Below are positions 29,830-38,983 of a DNA stretch of 64,000 nt, piece after piece. Every line of letters starts with the position of its first letter. Positions within the stretch are counted from its first letter, which is position 1. Source of the stretch: a bacterium (GTDB lineage: Bacteria > SAR324 > JACQKK01); contig CBDBIG010000003.1 in the NCBI GenBank assembly GCA_965205845.1, positions 670,305 to 734,304 of the forward strand. The letters are read 5' to 3'. The notes under the pieces are model-generated. The model searched no databases. It was not told the origin of the DNA and saw only the letters and a program-made list of their open reading frames with translations. A program made the translations under genes and the position numbers.

Positions 29830-31071
29830 ATGGCTTTTTTTGATTCAAAAGAAACGCGCTCGATGGACCAAAGAACATCGGAGCAATTACAGCAGCTTAA
29901 AGAAATTATTACCCACGCAAAGAAAAACTCTCTCCAGCAAGCAAAACGTTTGCGTGGCTTCCATCCCAGCACATTGAAGGGCGTGGAGGATTTGCAGTCC
30001 TTCCCGGTGTTGTACAAGGCCGATCTTGCCAAAGTCCAAGCAGAAAATCCCCCTTTTGGCGATTTAAACGCCGCAGCTGCTGAAGAATTGGGGCGTATTT
30101 ATCGTTCTCCTAACGGAGTGGTGGACGTAGAGGGTCCAAATGCGGGTGACTGGTGGCGTACTGCCCGTGCTTTGTACGCGGCGGGATTGCGCAAAGGCGA
30201 TTTGGTGCACAACAGTTTTTCTTACCACATTACCCCTGCAGGGATGATGTTGGACAGTGGAGCACGGGCATTAGGGTGCACGGTATTTCCGGCGGGTCCG
30301 AGCCATACGAGCGTACAGGCCGAAATGTTGAGTTATTTGCGTGCAAGTGCCTTTGTTGGTGTGCCTGAAACTTTGAATATAGTGCTTACAAAAGCGGATG
30401 AGTTGGGGTATGATGTGAGCTCTCTTACCAGAGCCCTTGTGTCAGGTGGCCCTTTGTTTCCGTCTGTGCGCCGGATGTTGGACGCCCGTGTCATTCAGGT
30501 GCGCGAGGCCTATGCTACGGCTGATGTGGGGCTGATATCTTATGAGAGCGGCGTCGAGGATGGCATGATGGTCGATGAGGATGTGCTGGTTGAAATTGTG
30601 CGTCCGGGCACGGGTGATCTTGTGCCGGTAGGAGAGGTGGGTGAGGTTGTGGTAACCACGCTTACCTCGTGGCAAAAGCCGATGATCCGTTTTGCTACTG
30701 GGGACCTTTCTGCCGTGCTACCGGGGCAAAGTGCTTGTGGTCGCACCAATATCCGCCTTAAAGGCTGGCTTGGACGCGCCGACCAAACCACCAAAGTGCG
30801 CGGTATGTTTGTCTATCCAGCGCATGTAGATGTCGTGCTGAAGAGATTGAAATTGACTGGCCGTGCTCGCCTCGAAATCGATCGCAAAGGAGAACGTGAT
30901 ACGATGGTGCTCAAGGTGGAACATACCCAGCCTGATTCGAGTTTGGCACAAGCACTGGCTGATTCGCTGCAAGCGGTGACGGGCTTGCGTACCGTCGCCC
31001 AAGTTGTGACACAAGGCAGTTTAGCCAACGATGGCAAAATTATTGACGACTTACGCGATTATGAGAATTAA
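29830..31071 (+). CDS. Phenylacetate-CoA ligase (PaaK)/F390-synthetase-family adenylate-forming enzyme, copy 1.
   Basis: 413 aa; PaaK-family architecture (N-terminal ANL domain, YATADVG, C-terminal ACT-like lid region). Confidence 0.75.
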   Translation: MAFFDSKETRSMDQRTSEQLQQLKEIITHAKKNSLQQAKRLRGFHPSTLKGVEDLQSFPVLYKADLAKVQAENPPFGDLNAAAAEELGRIYRSPNGVVDVEGPNAGDWWRTARALYAAGLRKGDLVHNSFSYHITPAGMMLDSGARALGCTVFPAGPSHTSVQAEMLSYLRASAFVGVPETLNIVLTKADELGYDVSSLTRALVSGGPLFPSVRRMLDARVIQVREAYATADVGLISYESGVEDGMMVDEDVLVEIVRPGTGDLVPVGEVGEVVVTTLTSWQKPMIRFATGDLSAVLPGQSACGRTNIRLKGWLGRADQTTKVRGMFVYPAHVDVVLKRLKLTGRARLEIDRKGERDTMVLKVEHTQPDSSLAQALADSLQAVTGLRTVAQVVTQGSLANDGKIIDDLRDYEN

Positions 31072-31078
31072 GCCAGCA

Positions 31079-31277
31079 TGGAATTGAGCGGTCTTCGAGT
31101 CCTGATTACAGGTGCTGGTTCGGGGCTGGGCGAAGCCAGTGCTGGACACCTTGCTTTTTCAAGGCGCAAAACCTTGTTTGCTCGACATGGATGCCGTGCG
31201 TGTTCAAAAGGTGGCCAGTCGGTTAAACGCCCCCCACGCTGTGGCAGATGTCTGTGATGAGGGTGCCGTTCAACAAG
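31079..31277 (+). pseudogene. Truncated duplicate of the 5' end of the SDR gene (about the first 62 codons), fused at the duplication junction to the 3' end of livF sequence.
   Basis: atggaattgagcggtcttcgagtcctgattacaggtgct...ggtgccgttcaacaag is ~95% identical to 32592-32790, then switches to taccgcaagcgctggttgtgagag (= 29760-29783). Confidence 0.8.
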
Positions 31278-31343
31278 TACCGCAAGCGCTGGTTGTGAGA
31301 GTTGACAAATTTTAAAACCTTATTTGTGAAAGGAGTCCCTACT

Positions 31344-32585
31344 GTGGCCTTTTTTGATTCAAAAGAAACGCGCTCGATGGACCAAAGAACATCGGAGCAA
31401 TTACAGCAGCTTAAAGAAATTATTACCCACGCAAAGAAAAACTCTCTCCAGCAAGCAAAACGTTTGCGTGGCTTCCATCCCAGCACATTGAAGGGCGTGG
31501 AGGATTTGCAGTCCTTCCCAGTGTTGTACAAGGCCGATCTTGCCAAAGTCCAAGCAGAAAATCCCCCTTTTGGCGATTTAAACGCCGCAGCTGCTGGAGA
31601 ATTGGGGCGTATTTATCGTTCTCCTAACGGAGTGGTGGACGTAGAGGGTCCAAATGCGGGTGACTGGTGGCATTATGCCCGTGCTTTGTACGCAGCGGGA
31701 TTGCGCAAAGGTGATTTGGTGCACAACAGTTTTTCTTACCACCTGACTCCCGGAGGGATGATGTTGGACAGTGGAGCACGGGCATTAGGGTGCACGGTAT
31801 TTCCGGCGGGTCCGGGCAATACGAGCGTACAGGCCGAAATGTTGAGTTATTTGCGTGCAAGTGCCTTTGTTGGTGTGCCTGAAACTTTGAACGTCGTGCT
31901 CAAAAAAGCGGATGAGTTGGGGTATGATGTGAGCTCTCTTACCAGAGCCCTTGTGTCAGGTGGCCCTTTGTTTCCGTCTGTGCGCCGGATGTTGGACGCC
32001 CGTGTCATTCAGGTGCGCCAGGCCTATGCTACGGCTGATGTGGGGGTGATCTCTTATGAGAGCGGCGTCGAGGATGGCATGGTGGTCGATGAGGATGTAC
32101 TGGTTGAAATTGTGCGTCCGGGCACGGGTGATCCTATGCCGGTAGGAGAGGTGGGTGAGGTTGTGGTAACCACGCTTACCTCGTGGCAAAAGCCGATGAT
32201 CCGTTTTGCTACTGGGGACCTTTCTGCCGTGCTACCGGGGCAAAGTGCTTGTGGTCGCACCAATATCCGCCTTAAAGGCTGGCTTGGACGCGCCGACCAA
32301 ACCACCAAAGTGCGCGGTATGTTTGTCTATCCAGCGCATGTAGATGTCGTGCTGAAGAGATTGAAATTGACTGGCCGTGCTCGCCTCGAAATCGATCGCA
32401 AAGGAGAACGTGATACGATGGTGCTCAAGGTGGAACATACCCAGCCTGATTCGAGTTTGGCACAAGCACTGGCTGATTCGCTGCAAGCGGTGACGGGCTT
32501 GCGTACCGTCGCCCAAGTTGTGACACAAGGCAGTTTAGCCAACGATGGCAAAATTATTGACGACTTACGCGATTATGAGAATTAA
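31344..32585 (+). CDS. PaaK-like CoA ligase, copy 2 (recent duplicate; probable GTG start).
   Basis: ~97% identical to copy 1. The ATG of copy 1 is replaced by 'actgtggcc'. The ORF is open upstream to 31302 through the junction. Confidence 0.7.
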   Translation: MAFFDSKETRSMDQRTSEQLQQLKEIITHAKKNSLQQAKRLRGFHPSTLKGVEDLQSFPVLYKADLAKVQAENPPFGDLNAAAAGELGRIYRSPNGVVDVEGPNAGDWWHYARALYAAGLRKGDLVHNSFSYHLTPGGMMLDSGARALGCTVFPAGPGNTSVQAEMLSYLRASAFVGVPETLNVVLKKADELGYDVSSLTRALVSGGPLFPSVRRMLDARVIQVRQAYATADVGVISYESGVEDGMVVDEDVLVEIVRPGTGDPMPVGEVGEVVVTTLTSWQKPMIRFATGDLSAVLPGQSACGRTNIRLKGWLGRADQTTKVRGMFVYPAHVDVVLKRLKLTGRARLEIDRKGERDTMVLKVEHTQPDSSLAQALADSLQAVTGLRTVAQVVTQGSLANDGKIIDDLRDYEN

Positions 32586-32591
32586 GCCAGC

Positions 32592-33341
32592 ATGGAATTG
32601 AGCTGCCTCCGAGTCCTGATTACAGGTGCTGGTTCGGGGCTGGGCGAAGCCAGTGCTGGACACCTTGCTTCCCAAGGCGCAAAACCTTGTTTGCTCGACA
32701 TGGATGCCGTGCGTGTTCAAAAGGTGGCCAGTCGGTTAAACGCCCCCCACGCTGTGGCAGATGTCTGTGATGAGGGTGCCGTTCAACAAGCACTACAGAC
32801 ATTTGGTCGTGTTGATGCACTGGTTAATTGTGCGGGCATTGCCCCCGCGCGTAAGGTGTTGGGCTCGCGTGGAACCCACCCGCTGGAGGATTTTCAGAAA
32901 GCGATTGCCATCAACTTGGTGGGGAGCTTTAATGTGGCAAGGCTTGCCGCACAGATGATGGCGCAAAACACCCCCAATGCGCATGGAGAAAGGGGAGTTA
33001 TCATTCACACCGCCTCGATTGCTGCTTTTGATGGGCAAATTGGCCAAGCAGCCTATGCGGCCTCGAAAGGGGGTATTGTGAGTATGACTTTGCCCATGGC
33101 AAGGGAATTGGCCAAGCAAGGCATACGGGTATTAAGCATTGCCCCAGGTCTCTTTAAAACGGCCATGATCGAAGTTTTTTCCAAAGAAATCCAGCAAACC
33201 CTTGTACAAACAGCATTGTTTCCAGCACGCTTGGGTGCCCCGGGGGAGTACGCCATGTTGGTGCAAAGCATTCTTACCAACCCCATGCTTAATGGCACCA
33301 CCATTCGTCTTGATGGCGCGGTGCGCCTGCCTCCCCAATAG
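32592..33341 (+). CDS. Short-chain dehydrogenase/reductase, 3-hydroxyacyl-CoA dehydrogenase type-2-like.
   Basis: TGAGSGLG Rossmann motif, catalytic YAASK, 249 aa. Confidence 0.8.
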   Translation: MELSCLRVLITGAGSGLGEASAGHLASQGAKPCLLDMDAVRVQKVASRLNAPHAVADVCDEGAVQQALQTFGRVDALVNCAGIAPARKVLGSRGTHPLEDFQKAIAINLVGSFNVARLAAQMMAQNTPNAHGERGVIIHTASIAAFDGQIGQAAYAASKGGIVSMTLPMARELAKQGIRVLSIAPGLFKTAMIEVFSKEIQQTLVQTALFPARLGAPGEYAMLVQSILTNPMLNGTTIRLDGAVRLPPQ

Positions 33342-33355
33342 CCTATCATACCTTT

Positions 33356-34534
33356 ATGCGCGTTGTATATTATGTGGTTGCAGGATCCTGCGCTTGCTTT
33401 GTGGGGGTAGGGCTTTCGCGCTTTGCATATGCACCGTTAATCCCAGAAATTATTCGCCAGCAATGGTTTAACGAAAGCCAAGCAGCCTATTTAGGTGCTA
33501 GCAATTTGGGGGGGTATTTGATTGGAGCGTTTTTCTCTTTTCAACTGGCTTCAAAAATGGGTGGGCGAAATGCGTTGCGCGTGATGATGCTCATGGCGAG
33601 TGCGACATTTTTGGCTTCGGCATTTCCACTCTCCTTTGGTTGGTATTTTTTCTGGCGCCTTGTTTCTGGCATTGCAGGAGGTGTTTTGTTGGTGGTATCT
33701 GCAACGAATGTGGTGGCAGTGGTGCCTGCTGCAAGGCGTGGGGTGGCAAGTGGGGTGGTGTTGACTGGGGTAGGTATGGGGGTATTGGTTTCGGCTATAT
33801 TGGTGCCAGCGTTGGTTTCTTACGGGTTAAAAATAACGTGGCTTCTGTTTGGCGGTATTTCGGGCTTGCTAACGCTCCTTACCTGGTGGGGTTGGCCCCC
33901 AGAGCATGTTCTGGATGCACAAAAAAGCGGGGGAAACGCCCTAAACGCCAAACAAACCCTGCCGCCTTGTTTAACAGCATTGTATAAATTGTGTCTCGTC
34001 TATGCTCTGGCGGCAGCCGGTTTGGTGCCTCATATGGTGTTTTTGGTGGATTTTATTGATCGCGATTTAGGGCGTGGTTTGGTGGAGGGCGCGTTCTATT
34101 GGGGGTTGTTTGGTTTGGGGGCACTGATTGGCCCTGTTGGTGTGGGGCGTATTGCAGACTGGATTGGCTTTCAACGTGCGCTCCTCGTTGGTGTCGCGAC
34201 AATCTGTGTGAGCGTGGGTTTGATTGTACTCTCCTCTCATTTTTTTATTTTAGGGGCTTCATCATTCAGTGTGGGTGCCTTGGTGCCTGGGATTGTAACC
34301 TTGGCTGTGGGCAGAACACAAGAACTGGCGGGTTCCCACATGCCAACACAGCGCAAATGGTGGGGGCGGGTGACCACCGCTTTTGCCATTCTCCAAGCGG
34401 TTGCTGCATATGGCTATTCTTTTTGGCTATCTCAGGGGGGGAGCTATACTTCTATATTTATCAGTGGGCTCATCATTTTACTGTGCGCGCTGGCGGTAGA
34501 ATTTATTCCTGTGAAGAAAAATGCAACGACTTAA
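33356..34534 (+). CDS. MFS-type transporter (YbfB/YjiJ-like).
   Basis: ~12 predicted hydrophobic helices, 392 aa. Confidence 0.65.
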   Translation: MRVVYYVVAGSCACFVGVGLSRFAYAPLIPEIIRQQWFNESQAAYLGASNLGGYLIGAFFSFQLASKMGGRNALRVMMLMASATFLASAFPLSFGWYFFWRLVSGIAGGVLLVVSATNVVAVVPAARRGVASGVVLTGVGMGVLVSAILVPALVSYGLKITWLLFGGISGLLTLLTWWGWPPEHVLDAQKSGGNALNAKQTLPPCLTALYKLCLVYALAAAGLVPHMVFLVDFIDRDLGRGLVEGAFYWGLFGLGALIGPVGVGRIADWIGFQRALLVGVATICVSVGLIVLSSHFFILGASSFSVGALVPGIVTLAVGRTQELAGSHMPTQRKWWGRVTTAFAILQAVAAYGYSFWLSQGGSYTSIFISGLIILLCALAVEFIPVKKNATT

Positions 34535-34925
34535 AATTTCCTATGCATATCTCTGTGTCAGAGCGGTCGATAGCGGTGCGACAAAAATCAAGAAATGATG
34601 GCGTCCCTTAAAGGAAGGTGCACCATTTTGAAAGTATTTGAGTGTGCCCTAACGTACACAGATTTTGTGCTATCGGAGATGGTTGGGCAACCATGACGCC
34701 AGTGCACTGTGACTGTGCCACCACCCCTTGTGTATACATTGGTGGTCGATTCTACAAAGCGCATCCCGCACTTTTTGACACCTTTGACGAGGGGGTTGCT
34801 GTGTGGCATGGCAGCAGGTGGGTGCACGCCCTTTGGGGCTGTTGCTTTCTCGGAAGGCAAAAAATCCAAGGGGCAATCAAGGCAGATGTAAATACTGGGG
34901 CCAGGCTACTCCACCCATGGTGCAA

Positions 34926-35456
34926 CTAAAAAATACTGTTCCGCTCGGGTACACGGCCCAGCCATCTCTCCACCTTGCTTACTCCCAAAATCCAAAAAGG
35001 AGCGATGAGAATATTGTAAACTGCGCTCAAAGGGACCTCAACCAATGCCATTTGAAGCCAATTGTCGGGGCTGGCAATGGCCCAATACAACACGCCCATG
35101 CTCAGCCAACCATAAAGGATGCTTGAGATGAAAACCAAAGCACTTGGCATGATCATGCCGTCATAATCTGCCCGCGCACACAATGCACCCATCAACAAAC
35201 ACACGCCCAACAGGCTCATGCCATACACACCCAGCAAGCTGTGCGACAATACATCCAACACCAAACCCGCCAAGCATGCATAGACAAAGATAAACCGAGG
35301 ATTCCAGCGCGTAATGATGACAATAAGGGCAAGCAGCAAAAAATTCGGCTTAGCCATAGCCATAAAAACCCACGTGCCCGCCACAATTTGGATGATCAAC
35401 GCTATCACCATTTCACCAGCCAGCATTATGAACATCCGTCTATTCTCACCTTCCAA
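34926..35456 (-). CDS. mreD: Rod shape-determining protein MreD.
   Basis: 176-aa polytopic membrane protein immediately downstream of mreC. Confidence 0.7.
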   Translation of the reverse strand: MEGENRRMFIMLAGEMVIALIIQIVAGTWVFMAMAKPNFLLLALIVIITRWNPRFIFVYACLAGLVLDVLSHSLLGVYGMSLLGVCLLMGALCARADYDGMIMPSALVFISSILYGWLSMGVLYWAIASPDNWLQMALVEVPLSAVYNILIAPFWILGVSKVERWLGRVPERNSIF

Positions 35457-35477
35457 GGCGGCCCATGCCCTAAGTGC

Positions 35478-36443
35478 TTAGCGTTTTTGTAAGCCATCAT
35501 ACCTCTCTTGAGGCTGGCTAAAATAGGGCAGACTATTGGGCTCTGCACCACGCAACACCACAAACACTCCCTCTATTTGCTTAAAATTGACCGCAGGTGC
35601 AATCAAGGCGGTTTGAAACAATTCATGCTTGAGCCGCTTTACGGACATTACATACCCCACCAACAACCCTTTGGGAAACACCCCTGCAAGGCCGCTTGAT
35701 ACGACCCGATCGCCTTGCTGCATGGGAACCAAAATGGGAACACGCTTGAGGTTTAATGTGTTGCCATGGCCCTCGACAATGCCACGATAAGAAACCACGA
35801 GCTTGCGTTGTAAAGGGTTTAATTTTGGCGTGGCACCCGAGGCTTGGTTTTGATGGCGACTGCGTCCTTTTTTTCTTGCGGGCGTGTTGGCTCTCAGCAG
35901 TACGGGAAAGCGATGGCGACGGTCTAAAATAAGCTGCACAATCGCCTGGTTGCCCGACACGGTTTGAATGCGTCCCACCACCCCTTCGCGCAATACCACG
36001 GGAAAATTTCGACGAACGCCCTGGTTTAGCCCCTTATCAATCAGCAACGTTTGGTGGCCGTCTAAAGATTGCCCAATGATTTGGGCAAAAATTTTGGGGT
36101 TCAACGGGCTTTGCAAAAATACCAACTGCTCTTTAAGCAACTGGTATTGGATGCTGCTTTCCAAATGGTGGTGTACCTCCTCTTCGAGCACGCCAATGCG
36201 GGCACGCAGGCGCTTATTTTCTTCTTCCACCCCAACCAGCAAAATATAACGCCCCAACCAGTTTTCAACTCCACTGCCCACCGCATGGGTCGTATTGGTA
36301 ATGGGGCGTAGCACCCCCAATACCAGGCGGTCGATCCAGGCAAATTGCCCTAGATTTTGGGCTCGCAAATGGAGCAACACCGCCATTAAAATAAGCAGCG
36401 CCGCGGCGATGGCAAGGCGATAGCGAATAAAGAGGTTTTTCAT
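35478..36443 (-). CDS. mreC: Rod shape-determining protein MreC.
   Basis: N-terminal TM, coiled-coil (ENKRLRARIGVLEEE) and C-terminal beta domain. Operon position between mreB-like and mreD. Confidence 0.8.
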   Translation of the reverse strand: MKNLFIRYRLAIAAALLILMAVLLHLRAQNLGQFAWIDRLVLGVLRPITNTTHAVGSGVENWLGRYILLVGVEEENKRLRARIGVLEEEVHHHLESSIQYQLLKEQLVFLQSPLNPKIFAQIIGQSLDGHQTLLIDKGLNQGVRRNFPVVLREGVVGRIQTVSGNQAIVQLILDRRHRFPVLLRANTPARKKGRSRHQNQASGATPKLNPLQRKLVVSYRGIVEGHGNTLNLKRVPILVPMQQGDRVVSSGLAGVFPKGLLVGYVMSVKRLKHELFQTALIAPAVNFKQIEGVFVVLRGAEPNSLPYFSQPQERYDGLQKR

Positions 36444-36482
36444 CGTTCCACACCCTAAAAATGGGACTACCGCCTGCCTTGG

Positions 36483-37493
36483 CTAGGGGTTTTTGCGGAT
36501 CGCAAGTGCGATTCCACCTTGCAACATTCGCCATTCTGGCTGCTTTTGAACCTGAAAAGGCAACCGAAAGTGCTCGTTTAAAAACAAAGACAAGCCTGCC
36601 AGCCTACCCCCCCCACCCACCACACAGATACCCAATTCTTCCACATCTTGCAACAATGCCACAGGCAGTTTTCCTAAGGTATGGCGAATTGCAAGCACTA
36701 GGGGTTCACAGGCATCAATGAGCACATCACGCACCTCATTGTCTTCAAGGTAAACCGTCTTTTCAATGCCATCGTTTACCCTCACACCCCCTACCTCGAG
36801 GCTACGTGGTGTTTTAAGTGGGTGCACCGACCCAATACGCCACTTAATTTTTTCGGCTTCAATAGGGCTAATGCTCAACAAATGCACCTCGGCCAGCTCA
36901 CGCATCAAGGCTTGATCGAGTTGCTGACTGCCCCACGCAATGGGATGCCATAAGGCAACCTCATTTAGCATATATGCAAAAATGCGCGTGGTATTTGCGC
37001 CTATATCGAGGCACAATTGGCACACGCTAGCATCGCAATCTTTGCCCAACCCATGATAGATGGCGCGCCCCGCATCGATCCAGCGCAAGTTCCCAAAACC
37101 CAGTTTGTTGAATAAGGGCCGTTGCTGGTTACTGACGTGAGTACTTTCATCCTGGTAACGCAAGGCATACAAGGTGGACCAGCTGCGTAATGGCAAGTAG
37201 GTTTTGCGAACCCTCCGAACGCTTTCTTTTAAGGTGGCCTGCATAATGGCGCGTTGGGTTTTGTCGCCTTGCAAGTGCCCTTGCAGGGGCAAAAAATGTT
37301 TCATACTTTTTGCCTGCAACAGCGTGTTCATGGCTTTCTCACCCGTTATTACGCGCATCCCACCTCGAGAGACAGCTCCCCAGCAAGCCGTGCTGGCATA
37401 AGCGGCACTGGGAGTGGCAGCACGGATGTTACATTGTCCCATTTTGACACACACAGCCCAATGCTTAAAACGGTTTTTAACCAGTGACCACAT
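36483..37493 (-). CDS. mreB: MreB-like actin homolog, highly divergent, apparently lacking the canonical phosphate-1 (DLGTANT) motif.
   Basis: The C-terminal half aligns with MreB (LDIGANTTRIFAY ~ VDIGGGTTEVAV; IKWRIGSVHPL ~ IKHEIGSAYP; VVGGGGRLAGL ~ VLTGGGALLRNL). At the N-terminus, MWSLVKNRFKHWAVCVKMGQ has no DxGTANT and an in-frame TAG lies 12 nt upstream. Canonical mreBCD position. Confidence 0.6.
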   Translation of the reverse strand: MWSLVKNRFKHWAVCVKMGQCNIRAATPSAAYASTACWGAVSRGGMRVITGEKAMNTLLQAKSMKHFLPLQGHLQGDKTQRAIMQATLKESVRRVRKTYLPLRSWSTLYALRYQDESTHVSNQQRPLFNKLGFGNLRWIDAGRAIYHGLGKDCDASVCQLCLDIGANTTRIFAYMLNEVALWHPIAWGSQQLDQALMRELAEVHLLSISPIEAEKIKWRIGSVHPLKTPRSLEVGGVRVNDGIEKTVYLEDNEVRDVLIDACEPLVLAIRHTLGKLPVALLQDVEELGICVVGGGGRLAGLSLFLNEHFRLPFQVQKQPEWRMLQGGIALAIRKNP

Positions 37494-37661
37494 GTTTATG
37501 CCTTGCTACGATCGACCAACGGGCTCCATAAAGCAGGAGGTTTTTTTTAAAAAAAAAGCCACCCCAACTTCCGTAATATATAGCAGATTCAAGCAAAAAG
37601 GCATAGAAGAGGCACGGCGCACTTAAAGAGCCAACATTCCCCCGTCAGCATTTTTAAAGGC

Positions 37662-37692
37662 TTGACACAAGCGTATAAACAATGGTTCTAAT
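37662..37692 (+). promoter_or_regulatory. Putative sigma70 promoter for tRNA-Phe (-35 TTGACA, -10 TCTAAT, GC-rich discriminator).
   Basis: TTGACA at 37662-37667, TTCTAAT at ~37686-37692, ~30 nt before the tRNA 5' end. Confidence 0.4.
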
Positions 37693-37723
37693 GGAGGGGG
37701 TTGCGCGATGATATCGGCATGAC

Positions 37724-37796
<73 letters not shown>

Positions 37797-37991
37797 CCTT
37801 TTTTTGGTGCGCTTCGCACCCGTTAGGCTTACATGGTCATTTGCTTGCAGCGCGCACTGGTAACACCTTGGTTGGGTTTTCAAAAGGCTTGTTAAGCATC
37901 GCCCAATGGCGGTCCAAACCCATTGACCTGCTAAAGTAGACCCTCGTTGTCAAGCAAGGGTTTTTTTGCACCTTGGCGGCGATAGGTATTT

Positions 37992-38909
37992 ATGGCTGCT
38001 TTATTTATTAGAGGCTTTAAAAAAAAAACCGTGGTAACCATTGGGATTATTGGTGGCAGTGGGCTTTATGAAATAGAAAGCCTTGAAAATATTGAAGAAA
38101 TACAGATTGAAACACCTTTTGGGAGCACCTCATCCCCCTTGGTAAAAGGCACCTTGCACGGCAAGCCTGTGATTTTTTTGGGACGCCATGGCAAAGGCCA
38201 TCGCCTGTTACCCGCTGAGGTGCCCTACAAAGCCAACATATGGGCTTTCAAAAAATTGGGGGTCAGCCATGTACTCTCGGTTTCTGCAGTGGGTAGTTTG
38301 CGCCAAGAGATTGCCCCTGGGCATTTTGTGTTTCCCGATCAATTTATTGACAAAACCCTGCACCGTCCCTCGACTTTTTTTGGAAAAGGGGTGGTCGCCC
38401 ACGTGCAGTTTGGCCGCCCCGTATGCAAAGATTTGCTCAGTGCGCTAAGCAGCGCGGCCAGAACTTTGGGGATTCAAGCCCATAATGGCGGGGTGTATGT
38501 GTGCATGGAAGGCCCTGCTTTTTCAAGCCGTGCCGAATCGCTGATGCACCAAGGCTGGGGCGGTAGCGTGATTGGGATGACCAATGTGCAAGAAGCGCGC
38601 TTGGCAAGAGAAGCCCAAATGTGCTTTGCCACCATTGCGTTGGTTACCGACTACGACTCCTGGCACGAGGCAGAAAGCGAGGAGGTGAGCGTGGAGGCCA
38701 TTATGGCCCTTATGGCGCAAAATATTCAGTCATCCAAAATACTGCTCGCACGAGTCATTCAAGACCTTCCCGCAGACCAGCATTGCAGATACGCCAATGC
38801 CTTGCAGCATGCCATTATTACCCCACCTGCCGATATTCCAACCCAGATCAAGAAAGATCTAGCACCTATTTTAGCCGAATACCTGCAATCTAACCCATCC
38901 TCAAATTAA
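37992..38909 (+). CDS. mtnP: S-methyl-5'-thioadenosine phosphorylase (PNP/MTAP family).
   Basis: IGIIGGSGLY...ETPFG...GRHG...H..P..V.Y.ANIWA...GV..V..VSAVGSL; MTAP-type PNP fold, 305 aa. Confidence 0.8.
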   Translation: MAALFIRGFKKKTVVTIGIIGGSGLYEIESLENIEEIQIETPFGSTSSPLVKGTLHGKPVIFLGRHGKGHRLLPAEVPYKANIWAFKKLGVSHVLSVSAVGSLRQEIAPGHFVFPDQFIDKTLHRPSTFFGKGVVAHVQFGRPVCKDLLSALSSAARTLGIQAHNGGVYVCMEGPAFSSRAESLMHQGWGGSVIGMTNVQEARLAREAQMCFATIALVTDYDSWHEAESEEVSVEAIMALMAQNIQSSKILLARVIQDLPADQHCRYANALQHAIITPPADIPTQIKKDLAPILAEYLQSNPSSN

Positions 38910-38983
38910 GCACTTTATTTGGCCTTCGTTTTCAATCAGGTCTGCGTGACCCGTGCTTTTTTTAAAAATCCCTGATAGACCCT

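Larger units (their letters stand above)
29771..32783. repeat. Tandem segmental duplication, 1506-bp unit x2 (~97% identity), containing the paaK-like gene.
   Basis: gcgctggttgtgagagttgacaaattttaaaaccttatttgtgaaaggagtccct occurs at 29771 and 31277. The downstream ~1.45 kb is nearly identical, with scattered SNPs. Confidence 0.9.

Noticed and set aside
37797-37820. Possible terminator after tRNA-Phe (T-run then GGTGCG-ctt-CGCACC hairpin)
   Set aside because: The T-run precedes rather than follows the hairpin, so it is not a canonical intrinsic terminator on either strand.
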